A stretch of 32,249 bases of DNA, taken from Thermoplasmatales archaeon (GTDB lineage: Archaea > Thermoplasmatota > JASEFT01 > JAUWIS01). A program made the position numbers and the translations under genes. The notes beneath the pieces are model-generated. The model did not search any database. It had not been told where the DNA came from and was given only the letters and a program-made list of their open reading frames with translations. Where the stretch lies: assembly GCA_030019485.1 (NCBI GenBank), contig JASEEW010000002.1, positions 1 through 32,249 on the forward strand. The letters run 5' to 3'. Positions 16,450 to 25,216 of this stretch are shown here, piece after piece. Position 1 is the stretch's first letter. The number at the start of each line of letters is the position of its first letter.

Positions 16450-19021
16450 GTACAGGGTCATAGGTGTGAAAGGCATATTCTGCTCAGGCGGAAGTACCGA
16501 GAAAGAAATGGTTGATGTGAAAACCTGCTCCACATGCATGATTCCTTCACTGGCAGAAGAAATAAACTGTGTTTTCCTTGATGCAAGAAGAATCATGGAA
16601 AGCACGCTTCCCGGCGTTGTCAGGGAAATGCACAGCTACCATATGACATGTGCGCTCGGCAATGAATTGAAACTCACAAACAAGGGGATTTGCATGAAAT
16701 GCCCTAACAGACGCAAGGCTGTACAGCCTGATATTAGATCAGACTTTGTGGGAAGAGGAAACGAACTTGCGGAACTAAAAAAATATCTGGGGCTCATGCT
16801 CAGCCACAATGGAAACACTGTAATGGTAAGCGGTGAGCTTGGTGCTGGAAAAACAAGGCTTGTTAATGAGCTGAAAAAATATGCTATTATGCGCAATGTA
16901 AGATTTTTGAATGGCAGAGCTCTTTATGCTGAGAAGCTGACACCCTACCTTCCGTTTAAGGAAATACTCAGGGCATATGTTGATGAAATGAAAAAATCTG
17001 GGAGCACCTCAGCAATCAATGATATTCTATCTGCAGGAGAAATATCTGAGCTTTTACCTCTGGGTTTGCCGTCAGGCTCTGCTTTAAAAACAAAGGATGT
17101 TCAAATTGGAAGGGAAAGAATGTTTGAGGCTTTCTACAATGCTATCGTAAAAATGGCTGAGGAAAAACCATTGATACTGTTTGTGGATGACCTGCAGTAT
17201 GCTGATACTGCCTCACTGCATCTTCTTCACTACCTTTCAAGAAACATTAAGAACAGCAGAATCATGCTCATAGGCGCATATCGTCCTGAGGAGATAGTAA
17301 ATGCTGATAACCCGCTTTCTGAGACTCTTGGGAGAATGGATACTGAGCGTTTGTATCATACCATAGAAGTAAAGAGACTCAATGTAGATGATGTGAAGGA
17401 AATGATAGGCTCTATAACTGACAAGGGTGTAGATGATGATTTCATAGATTTCATTTACGATAAAACAAACGGCAACCCTTTGTTTGTTGAGGAAATCATT
17501 AAATCCTCTGATAAAATGCAAAAAACACCTGACACAATAACGGATTTGATTAACAGGAGAATCGAGAGGTTAGGTCAAGAGGTCATAAATGTACTATCAT
17601 ATGCCGCAGTAATAGGTAGCAAATTCTCCTATGATACACTGCGGGATGCATCCAGTATTGATGAGGAAAAAATTGTTGGAATTCTAGAGTCTTTAATAAA
17701 ACTTAGAGTAATATATGAGGAGCCTACCATTCTAGGGCTTTACTATTTTAATCCCCCTATAATAAAAGAGGTTGTGTATACTGGTTTGAGTGAAAAAAGG
17801 GCAGAGCTGCTGCATAAAAGGGTTGGGGGCGCACTTGAATCCTGCAGGGAGAAAAACCTTGGCGTTCTTGCGTACCATTTTTCAAAAGCAAGGGAATATG
17901 GGAAGGCACTGCATTATTCTGAATCTGCTGGGGACAAAGCAGTTTTGTCGTTTGCTCCGAATGAGGCAATGAAGTACTATGAAACAGCATTAAACTCATT
18001 TGAAAAACTTGACGGAAAAACCTCTGAAAAAACAGGACTGCTGAGCAAGCTAGGGCAGGTGTATTTCACGGTTGGGGAATTTGATAAATCAATAGAAACA
18101 TATGAAAAACAGATAGCACTCTGCATAAGCTCGGATGACAAAAAACCTTTGGCAAAAGCATACAGAGCGGTTGGTGAAATCCATGCCATAAGGGAGGAAT
18201 GGAAAAAATCATTGGAGTACTACAGTGCAGGCATGCAGGTCTCTGAAAAAATAAAAGACACACTTGGCATGGCTGAGGCGAAGAGGGGGATAGGGATGGT
18301 TTACTGCAGGGCAGGCAAATACAATGAGGCGCTACTGTGGCTTAAACAGAGCCTGAACAACAATGAGCCCTCGCTTACGGCGCACATCAGGATGGACATT
18401 GGAACGGTTTACTGGTACCTTGGAAGGTATGAGGAGGCTGTTGAAAACTATGAAAGAAGTCTGAAATATTTTGAGGAAAAAAACAACAAGCCCATGGTTT
18501 TGAGGGCTATGATAAACACTGGTGTGGTGTACACAAAAAAGGGTGAGCCAGAAAAGGCAATCGCCTGCTATGAGAAGGCTGCTGGGCTGTCAAAAACAAC
18601 TGGTGAGCTCAGGCTTAATGGTTATGCGCTGTCAAATGCTGCGGAGGAACTTATCAAAACAGGAAATATAGAAAAGGCGCTGGATTATTCTAAAAAATCA
18701 ATGGAAATATTTGAAAAAATAGGCGAGAAGCACATGATTGCAAACACACACATGGTTTACGGCATCGCATACAAATGCAGAAAGGAATGGGGAAAATCAG
18801 AGGAGCATTTCAGAAAAGGAATCCAGACAGCAGAGGAAGCGCATGATTTGGATATGCTCTCCCAGAATTACATGCAGTATGCCCTCATGCATAAAGAAAA
18901 AGGCGACATTAAGAATGCATTAAAATGTTTTCAGAAAACAGTGGAAACATGCAAAAAACTTGGAAGCAGGGAGCTGATGGAAAAAGCAGAAAAGGAAATT
19001 GAAAAACTGGGATGTGAATAA
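16427..19021 (+). CDS. Cys-rich N-terminal domain plus AAA_16-type STAND NTPase plus TPR-repeat protein (about 864 aa)
   Basis: The start is set at ATG 16427 (MAELEKCKY), preceded by GGAGGG. It overlaps the upstream gene by 23 nt. Motifs are FVGRGNELAEL, Walker A GELGAGKT and Walker B LILFVDDLQYAD. The C-terminal TPR module is visibly paralogous to that of the 12156-14738 protein. Confidence 0.85.
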   Translation: MAELEKCKYRVIGVKGIFCSGGSTEKEMVDVKTCSTCMIPSLAEEINCVFLDARRIMESTLPGVVREMHSYHMTCALGNELKLTNKGICMKCPNRRKAVQPDIRSDFVGRGNELAELKKYLGLMLSHNGNTVMVSGELGAGKTRLVNELKKYAIMRNVRFLNGRALYAEKLTPYLPFKEILRAYVDEMKKSGSTSAINDILSAGEISELLPLGLPSGSALKTKDVQIGRERMFEAFYNAIVKMAEEKPLILFVDDLQYADTASLHLLHYLSRNIKNSRIMLIGAYRPEEIVNADNPLSETLGRMDTERLYHTIEVKRLNVDDVKEMIGSITDKGVDDDFIDFIYDKTNGNPLFVEEIIKSSDKMQKTPDTITDLINRRIERLGQEVINVLSYAAVIGSKFSYDTLRDASSIDEEKIVGILESLIKLRVIYEEPTILGLYYFNPPIIKEVVYTGLSEKRAELLHKRVGGALESCREKNLGVLAYHFSKAREYGKALHYSESAGDKAVLSFAPNEAMKYYETALNSFEKLDGKTSEKTGLLSKLGQVYFTVGEFDKSIETYEKQIALCISSDDKKPLAKAYRAVGEIHAIREEWKKSLEYYSAGMQVSEKIKDTLGMAEAKRGIGMVYCRAGKYNEALLWLKQSLNNNEPSLTAHIRMDIGTVYWYLGRYEEAVENYERSLKYFEEKNNKPMVLRAMINTGVVYTKKGEPEKAIACYEKAAGLSKTTGELRLNGYALSNAAEELIKTGNIEKALDYSKKSMEIFEKIGEKHMIANTHMVYGIAYKCRKEWGKSEEHFRKGIQTAEEAHDLDMLSQNYMQYALMHKEKGDIKNALKCFQKTVETCKKLGSRELMEKAEKEIEKLGCE

Positions 19022-19022
19022 C

Positions 19023-19112
19023 ATGAGTAAGAAAAGGAAAATGATGATAGGGGTTGCGGTGGTGGTAGCAGGGATTTTGATAGGGGGTGTTATTTATATC
19101 TGTTGGAAATAA
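19023..19112 (+). CDS. Possible 29-aa single-TM peptide (MSKKRKMMIGVAVVVAGILIGGVIYICWK). Alternatively it is the frameshifted N-terminus of the next ORF.
   Basis: The ATG lies one nt after the STAND-TPR stop. The peptide has a basic N-terminus and then a hydrophobic helix. Confidence 0.4.
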   Translation: MSKKRKMMIGVAVVVAGILIGGVIYICWK

Positions 19113-19485
19113 CACTACCTGGGAAGGGACTCTCACTCTTGCAGAAGATCAGGCTGTGTTTGAGTGGACCATAAAATCTGTCAAAGTTGGAAATTGGTCA
19201 ATGTTCGTAGAAATAGATTGGAACTATACTTGCTCCAAGTTAAACCCAGACGATCCTCGATACACAGGGCACCATTATGAAAAATCTCACGCTCTGGATA
19301 TATCGGTTTCAGAAAACTCTGCATACATAAATGAAACACCCTTCCTATAATATAAACCATCTACACAACAAGAATTCAACGAAACATGCACACCAGCACC
19401 ACAATCACCTATAGTAGTTGTTGTAGTGGCGCTAACCTCAATCATCGGAATAACTATGTTATTAAAGAGAAAAAAGAAGGGATAA
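19087..19485 (+). pseudogene. Small extracytoplasmic-domain protein with a C-terminal TM anchor, interrupted by an in-frame TAA (19348-19350) and out of frame with its likely signal-anchor (19023-19112)
   Basis: The frame reads ...SAYINETPFL*YKPSTQQEFNETCTPAPQSPIVVVVVALTSIIGITMLLKRKKKG*. The N-terminal TM segment lies in a different frame upstream. Confidence 0.4.
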
Positions 19486-19491
19486 AAAAAC

Positions 19492-19869
19492 TTAGTCCAC
19501 TTTCTCAACCCTGACAACACTCCCGGGAACAACATTTTTCAGTATAGAAATATTTCCTGTTATTTTTGCAAAAACATTCACTGGGGAATATGCTTTTGTT
19601 TTTTCATTTGTGCTTGCTGGTGTTTTACCAAAAAATACGCAGATGCACCTGCCCTCAGGCCAGTATGCCACATCACCAATTTCAACCTTTTCCTGCGCAT
19701 TTTCCTCCCCCATTTTCACTGTCGTCCCAAAATATATTTCATCATCCCATGTGTTTATCCTGCTTTGAAGAGGCAGCGCATCCCAGACTGCATTTGCAGT
19801 TTTCGGGTTTTTATCAATGAGCTCAGCAGTTATTTGTTTCCCTTCCATGATGAATCTTATTTTCCTCAT
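19492..19869 (-). CDS. Cyclophilin-like fold protein (TM1367-type, PF04126-like)
   Basis: Sequence: INTWDDEIYFGTTV...VEIGDVAYWPEGRCICVFFGKTP...VNVFAKITG. The start is ambiguous (ATG at 19881, 19869 or 19848). Confidence 0.8.
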   Translation of the reverse strand: MRKIRFIMEGKQITAELIDKNPKTANAVWDALPLQSRINTWDDEIYFGTTVKMGEENAQEKVEIGDVAYWPEGRCICVFFGKTPASTNEKTKAYSPVNVFAKITGNISILKNVVPGSVVRVEKVD

Positions 19870-19965
19870 CCAAAAGAGCATCCACTCAGGTTTTTATGAA
19901 GTTTTGCATTATCCTCAGAGAAATATTTTTAATATGGCATATCTATACCCAGTCTGGTGATTTAA

Positions 19966-20520
19966 ATGAAAGTAGGAAATGCAGCGCCTCTTGGTTTAAT
20001 GGGTTTCGGGATGACAACAGTGTTGTTGAATCTGCATAACGCAGGGTTTTTTGCTCTTGGCAGCATGATTCTTGCCATGGGGATATTCTACGGTGGTCTT
20101 GCGCAGGTTATTGCAGGAATACTGGAATTTAGAAAGGGAAACACTTTTGCCACAACAGCCTTCTGCTCCTATGGTTTGTTCTGGCTGAGCCTTGTAGCGC
20201 TTATCCTCCTACCATATAGAGGTTTAACCACTGCTTCTGAGAAAACTGCGATGGCATCATACTTCTTCATGTGGGGGCTCTTCACATTTGTTATGTTTTT
20301 CGGAACACTGAAAACAAACAGGGCACTTCAGTTTGTATTCATGAGTCTCGCAATACTTTTCTTCCTTCTAACAGGTGCGCAGTTTATTCCTGCCCTCACA
20401 AAAATAGCAGGATACGAAGGAATAATATGCGGTTTTTCTGCGATTTATCTTGCGCTTGCTGAGGTTGTGAATGAGATGCACCAGAAAACTGTGATGCCAA
20501 TCTTTCCTGTTAAACAGTAG
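19966..20520 (+). CDS. GPR1/FUN34/YaaH-family acetate/succinate channel (SatP-like)
   Basis: Sequence: [32 protein letters not shown], six hydrophobic segments, and GGTGAT upstream of the ATG. Confidence 0.88.
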   Translation: MKVGNAAPLGLMGFGMTTVLLNLHNAGFFALGSMILAMGIFYGGLAQVIAGILEFRKGNTFATTAFCSYGLFWLSLVALILLPYRGLTTASEKTAMASYFFMWGLFTFVMFFGTLKTNRALQFVFMSLAILFFLLTGAQFIPALTKIAGYEGIICGFSAIYLALAEVVNEMHQKTVMPIFPVKQ

Positions 20521-20528
20521 GACTGTTA

Positions 20529-20957
20529 ATGAAAATAAAAACACTGACACAGGATGATTACGATATAATTATTGACCTGTGGAAAAGAGCAGGTTTATCA
20601 TACAGACCGAATGGAAGGGATTCCAGAAACGAGGTCTGCAGGCAGATAAAAGAAAGCAATGTTTTGTTCATTGGCGTGTTTGAGAACAATGTTCTGATAG
20701 GTGTTGTGGTAGGAAGCGATGACGGAAGAAAAGGATGGATTAACAGATTAGCAGTTGAGCCAAGGCACAGGAGGAAAGGCGTAGCACAGTTTCTTATTAA
20801 TGCTGTGGAGAATGCGCTCAGAAAAAGGGGAAGGAAAATAATCTGCACGCTCATAGAGGACTGGAATGAAAACTCATTGAAGCTGTTTGAAAAATGCAAC
20901 TATGTTCTGCACAGGGACATATTTTATTTGAGTAAGAGGGAGAATGAGGGGGTGTGA
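20529..20957 (+). CDS. GNAT-family N-acetyltransferase
   Basis: Sequence: GWINRLAVEPRHRRKGVAQFLINAVE (acetyl-CoA-binding motif A). 142 aa. Confidence 0.85.
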   Translation: MKIKTLTQDDYDIIIDLWKRAGLSYRPNGRDSRNEVCRQIKESNVLFIGVFENNVLIGVVVGSDDGRKGWINRLAVEPRHRRKGVAQFLINAVENALRKRGRKIICTLIEDWNENSLKLFEKCNYVLHRDIFYLSKRENEGV

Positions 20958-20968
20958 AATCTATCCTC

Positions 20969-21053
20969 TGAGCCTTCACAACACCGACTTTTCCGTAAGA
21001 TCCTTGGAAAAGCCTTTGGCTTTTCCAGAGGAACCGGGAAGTTTGAAGGCTCA
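20969..21053. terminator. Nested inverted repeats between the convergent GNAT and thrS genes; a candidate bidirectional terminator structure
   Basis: The outer repeat is TGAGCCTTCA (20969-20978)/TGAAGGCTCA (21044-21053). The inner perfect hairpin is TGGAAAAGCC-TTT-GGCTTTTCCA (21005-21027). Confidence 0.35.
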
Positions 21054-22865
21054 CCTGAACCCTATTCTTTTACTCAGCATTCTTGGTAGGGGCATAGGCG
21101 CATAGGGATAATCCTTTAACTCTTTTTCAACTTCTTTTTTCAGTTCATCAAGAGAATAATTTTTTATCTCGCCACTTCTTTTTCTCACAGGGAGTGTTTT
21201 TGATTTTTTTTCTTTTTCACCATAGACAATAATCATGTTTATCCATTCCTTTTCAGCGTCCCTGATTTTCCTTCCAATCTTTTCCTCCCTGTCATCAATG
21301 TCTGTTCTTGCATTCGTCTGGTCTGCTATGTCTTCACAATCCTTAAGAAACTCATCTGAAACAGGTATAATTCTTATCTGTGTCGGCGCAAGCCAGAACG
21401 GAAGATCAGGTTTTCCCCCCTTCTCAATTCTTTTAGCCTGATGCTCCAGTATTGCATACAAACACCTATCTATCCCCCCAGAGATGCTTGCGTGCAGAAT
21501 CAGTGGGTATTTTTTCTCACCGTTTTTATCCACGTATGTGATATCAAACCTTTCAGAGTTTTCAACATCTATCTGAACTGTTGAAAGGGCAGAGCATTTT
21601 TTCTGGGAATCACTGATGTTGAACTCAAACTTTGCGACAAAATAGAAATATTTTTCATCCCACATCTCAACAAGCACTGGTTTGCCAATCTTTTTTGCTA
21701 TCTCTGCTGCTACATCCTTGTTTTCATCATAAAAACTCCTGACAAACCTTAATACTGCCTCATATTTTAGGTTGAGGGATTCCATCCACTCTGTTGAAAG
21801 CAGAAACTGGAACATGAACTCATCCTTTGCCTGGGCCGTGTCAGCGCAGAGTGTGTGCATATCAGGCATCGTGAACGCCCTCAGCCTTTTCAGACCTGTA
21901 AGCTCACCCCTCTGCTCCCTTCTAAATGAGTAGTGTGTGAGCTCATAAAACTTTACTGGCAGTGCCCTGTATGATATTTTTGCGTCATGGGCTATTAGAT
22001 ACTGGCCAAAGCATGCAGCAAATCGTAGAAAGTATTCCTTTTCCTCAGACTTAACAATGTACTGCCTAGCTGGAAATTTTTCAAGATATTTACAAAGTGC
22101 GGGATGCTTGTAATCATACATTATTGGTGTTTCAACCTGCATGGCATTGTGACTTAGGCAGATGTTTGTTACATGCCTCTCCAAAAGTTTTTTTATTAAC
22201 GCACCTTTTGGATACCATCTCAGGTTCCCAGGGTCTGATGCAGGTTCGTAATCCACAAACCCCATTTTCTGCATCAACTCAACATGTTTCGGCTCCTTGG
22301 AAACTGTTCTTGTACCGCCTTTTTCATATTCATAAAGAATTTTTAGCTCCTCATATTTTTTGAAATCAAATTTTTCTGCCTCTGTAAGTTTCCCATCAGG
22401 TGTAAGAACATACAGGTAGGATTTTATTTTCTTCTCAGCAGTTTCTTTTTTTTCCTCTGCTGTAATCTCCCTGGAAAGCTCTGATAAAGGATGACCTTTG
22501 CATGAGAGCTTAAAGGATTTGTACCAGCCGAATGGCGCCCTGACAGCATCATAATCCCTTAATGATTCTTCCATTTCTACTAAAATCTTTTTTGCGTTCT
22601 CAGGTGATGCAAGGGAGGATGACAGATGTGCGTAAGGATAAATCACAATCCTTTTTGTTTTTACTTTATCTGAAACATCTTTTATTTCCCTGACAGCATT
22701 TTTAACAACTGCCTCTGGGTTTTTTTCATCATCCTTCTCAACAGCAGTGAAAACAACAAGGCATTCATCAATTCTATGTTTTTTTTCCTTTACCTCCTCA
22801 GCAAACTTCAGTTTTTCCTTTGCCTCATACTCAATGTAGTCCGAGTGAATGAACAATAGTTTCAT
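21051..22865 (-). CDS. thrS: Threonyl-tRNA synthetase, archaeal type with an N-terminal DTD-like editing domain
   Basis: Sequence: MKLLFIHSDYIEYEAKEK...YPYAHLSSSLASP...APFGWYKSFKLSCKGHPLSELSREI, followed by a class II catalytic core and an anticodon-binding domain. 604 aa. Confidence 0.93.
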   Translation of the reverse strand: MKLLFIHSDYIEYEAKEKLKFAEEVKEKKHRIDECLVVFTAVEKDDEKNPEAVVKNAVREIKDVSDKVKTKRIVIYPYAHLSSSLASPENAKKILVEMEESLRDYDAVRAPFGWYKSFKLSCKGHPLSELSREITAEEKKETAEKKIKSYLYVLTPDGKLTEAEKFDFKKYEELKILYEYEKGGTRTVSKEPKHVELMQKMGFVDYEPASDPGNLRWYPKGALIKKLLERHVTNICLSHNAMQVETPIMYDYKHPALCKYLEKFPARQYIVKSEEKEYFLRFAACFGQYLIAHDAKISYRALPVKFYELTHYSFRREQRGELTGLKRLRAFTMPDMHTLCADTAQAKDEFMFQFLLSTEWMESLNLKYEAVLRFVRSFYDENKDVAAEIAKKIGKPVLVEMWDEKYFYFVAKFEFNISDSQKKCSALSTVQIDVENSERFDITYVDKNGEKKYPLILHASISGGIDRCLYAILEHQAKRIEKGGKPDLPFWLAPTQIRIIPVSDEFLKDCEDIADQTNARTDIDDREEKIGRKIRDAEKEWINMIIVYGEKEKKSKTLPVRKRSGEIKNYSLDELKKEVEKELKDYPYAPMPLPRMLSKRIGFR

Positions 22866-22896
22866 AAATGGTAAAACAGATTACCTGCTCATAAAT

Positions 22897-23415
22897 TTAT
22901 TCATATTTATCATAGCAGACGATTTCACTCAGATTCTTTCTTGGTTTTGCCTCAGGGCTTTCATCAGGAAATCCTACCGGTGTTAGTCCTACAACCCTGA
23001 CATTTTTTGGTATGCCCAGGACTTCTTTGACTTTTTCCTCTTTGAAACTCCCAATCCAGCACGTCCCCAGTCCCTCAGAGGTTGCTGCAAGCATAAGATG
23101 ATCAAATGCTATTCCAAGGTCAACAGGGTAAGAAGACGTGTATCCACCCATGTATGTGTAGCATTCATCCTCAAATGCACACCCGGCAATTATGATTGGC
23201 GCCTCTGCAATGAATTTCTGGTTGTTGCACGCTGGAATAAGTTTCCTTTTGATTTCCTCATCCCTCACAATGACAAACTTCCAGGGCTGCAAATTTTTTG
23301 CCGATGGTGCAAGCCTCATAGCACCCAGTATTTTTTTCAGTTTTTCCTCCGGTATCGGTGTTGATTTATATTTCCTTATACTTTTCCTGTTTTTTATTGC
23401 CTCATACACATCCAT
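22897..23415 (-). CDS. Nitroreductase-family protein
   Basis: Sequence: MDVYEAIKNRKSIRKY...APSAKNLQPWKFVIV...GLGTCWIG. The start is set at the ATG at 23413-23415. Confidence 0.85.
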   Translation of the reverse strand: MDVYEAIKNRKSIRKYKSTPIPEEKLKKILGAMRLAPSAKNLQPWKFVIVRDEEIKRKLIPACNNQKFIAEAPIIIAGCAFEDECYTYMGGYTSSYPVDLGIAFDHLMLAATSEGLGTCWIGSFKEEKVKEVLGIPKNVRVVGLTPVGFPDESPEAKPRKNLSEIVCYDKYE

Positions 23416-23419
23416 GTTA

Positions 23420-24466
23420 TCACTCCAACAATAATTTACTGACAGTAATAAATGCGTTCTCAACATTTTCCCCTGTTTTTGCAGATGTGAAAAGATAAGG
23501 GGCTTTGAACTCTGATGCGACAGCTTTTATTTCTTTTTCATTAAAAACCTTGTTAGGCAGGTCTATTTTGTTCGCAAGGAAAACCAGTGGGATTTCACCT
23601 GTGACCTTAAAAACAGCATCTTTCCAGTTTGGTATGTTTTCAAGTGTTTCCTTCATTGTAACATCGCATACAATAATAGTTGCATCTGCACCCCTATAGT
23701 AGGTTGAATGCACTTTACCAATGCCTTTCTGCCCTTCAATATCCCATATCATCAATGTAAAATTTACATCGTGCGTCGGATAGCTTATATCTATAACCTT
23801 TTTTGTGATTTTTGCACCAATGGTGTAAAGGTATTTATCATCAAACATGTCATAAACATACCTTCTTACCAAACTTGTTTTTCCAACAGCAGGATCGCCA
23901 ACAAGGCATATTTTTTTCATTAACTTTTTCATCTTTTTCACCCTAACCTCCCTTTTTATTTCTTCTATTTTCTGCCTGCATTTTTCCCCCTCATCAAACC
24001 TGCCAAGTGCAAGAAGAACCTCTGCTTTTTTATTGTAGGCATCAATGGATTCAGGATTGATTTCTACGGCTTTATCAAAACATTTTAATGCCTCATCAAA
24101 CCTATGGATGTCTGAGAGCAGAAAACCTTTTGTAACCCATGCCTCCTCATTTTCAGGGTCTATCCCTGTTATGGTATCGCAGCATCTAATTGCCTCATCC
24201 TGCTTGTTTTGCATAAGCAATGCCACCTCTTTTCCTTTCCATGCTGTTATGTATTTCTCATTGATTTTTGTTGCCTTTGTAAAGCAGTTTATTGCCTCAT
24301 CAATTTTCCCAAGAATAAGCAATGCATTCCCTTTTTCATTGTATGCCTCAGCGTATTTTGGGTTGAGTTTTATAGCCTTATCAAAACATTCAAGGGCATT
24401 CCCATATTTTTTTGCCTGCATAAGGAATCTACCTTTAGTCAGGAATGTTATCTCATCCTCTCCCAT
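23420..24466 (-). CDS. Fusion of N-terminal TPR repeats with a C-terminal Ras/Rab-like small GTPase
   Basis: TPR-like units include AEAYNEKGNALLILGKIDEAINCFTKATKIN. The GTPase motifs are G1 GDPAVGKTS, G2 YTIG, G3 WDIEGQ, G4 NKID and G5 SAK. Confidence 0.85.
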   Translation of the reverse strand: MGEDEITFLTKGRFLMQAKKYGNALECFDKAIKLNPKYAEAYNEKGNALLILGKIDEAINCFTKATKINEKYITAWKGKEVALLMQNKQDEAIRCCDTITGIDPENEEAWVTKGFLLSDIHRFDEALKCFDKAVEINPESIDAYNKKAEVLLALGRFDEGEKCRQKIEEIKREVRVKKMKKLMKKICLVGDPAVGKTSLVRRYVYDMFDDKYLYTIGAKITKKVIDISYPTHDVNFTLMIWDIEGQKGIGKVHSTYYRGADATIIVCDVTMKETLENIPNWKDAVFKVTGEIPLVFLANKIDLPNKVFNEKEIKAVASEFKAPYLFTSAKTGENVENAFITVSKLLLE

Positions 24467-24520
24467 TTTCTCCTCTCATATCCCCCTGTTAATTGTTTTT
24501 TGGGTATTTAAAATAATGGG

Positions 24521-25216
24521 TTAAACACCTCTCATCACAGTATTTTTCACATATTTTTTTGCTTTTTCCACCATTTTCTCAAATATGTCTTTTCTATAAG
24601 GTGTAATGTTTCTTAGTTTTTCATCCATAGCATTTTTAGGTATAAACTGCTGCAGCACATATCTTTTTGCCCTTTTCATAGTCTTAGCAATATTTTCAAC
24701 ATCAGATTCATCGGTTATGCCCGGCACAACTGTTGTCCTGAACTCATACCCTATTTTAGAATTCATTATAATATCAATGCTTCTTTTAATTGATTCCATA
24801 TCAACCTTTACACCGCATGCTGTGTCATATTTTTCAAATGGTGCCTTCATGTCCATGGCAATGTAGTCAACGAGTTTTTCATCAATGAGTTTTTTAATCA
24901 TCCCTGGTTTACTTCCGTTTGTATCCAGCTTCACGGTAAAATCCAGTTTTTTAATCTTCTTAATAAAATCTGGTAAATCCTCATAGATTGTTGGCTCACC
25001 TCCTGTTATGCATAGCCCATCAATAAAATCTTTGTGACTTAGCAGAAATTTTTTCATTCTCTCAAAATCTACTTCCTCAAACTTCTCTGGATGCTCAATA
25101 AGTTCCCAGTTCTGACAGTAGGGACATCTGAAATTGCATCCCGGCACAAAAACTGTTGTAACAATTTTTCCATCCCAGTCAAGAAAAGACGCCTCTATCA
25201 TCCCTTTAATCTTCAT
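24521..25216 (-). CDS. nrdG: Anaerobic ribonucleotide reductase activating radical-SAM protein
   Basis: Sequence: MKIKGMIEASFLDWDGKIVTTVFVPGCNFRCPYCQNW...ITGGEPT. The ATG overlaps the stop of the upstream glutaredoxin-like gene as ATGA (25213-25216). Confidence 0.85.
   Translation of the reverse strand: MKIKGMIEASFLDWDGKIVTTVFVPGCNFRCPYCQNWELIEHPEKFEEVDFERMKKFLLSHKDFIDGLCITGGEPTIYEDLPDFIKKIKKLDFTVKLDTNGSKPGMIKKLIDEKLVDYIAMDMKAPFEKYDTACGVKVDMESIKRSIDIIMNSKIGYEFRTTVVPGITDESDVENIAKTMKRAKRYVLQQFIPKNAMDEKLRNITPYRKDIFEKMVEKAKKYVKNTVMRGV

Noticed and set aside
19348-19350. In-frame TAA as a possible stop-codon recoding or readthrough signal
   Set aside because: TAA terminates other well-supported genes in the window, for example the restriction endonuclease at 26540-26542. 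The same locus also carries a frameshift, so decay or sequencing error is the simpler explanation.
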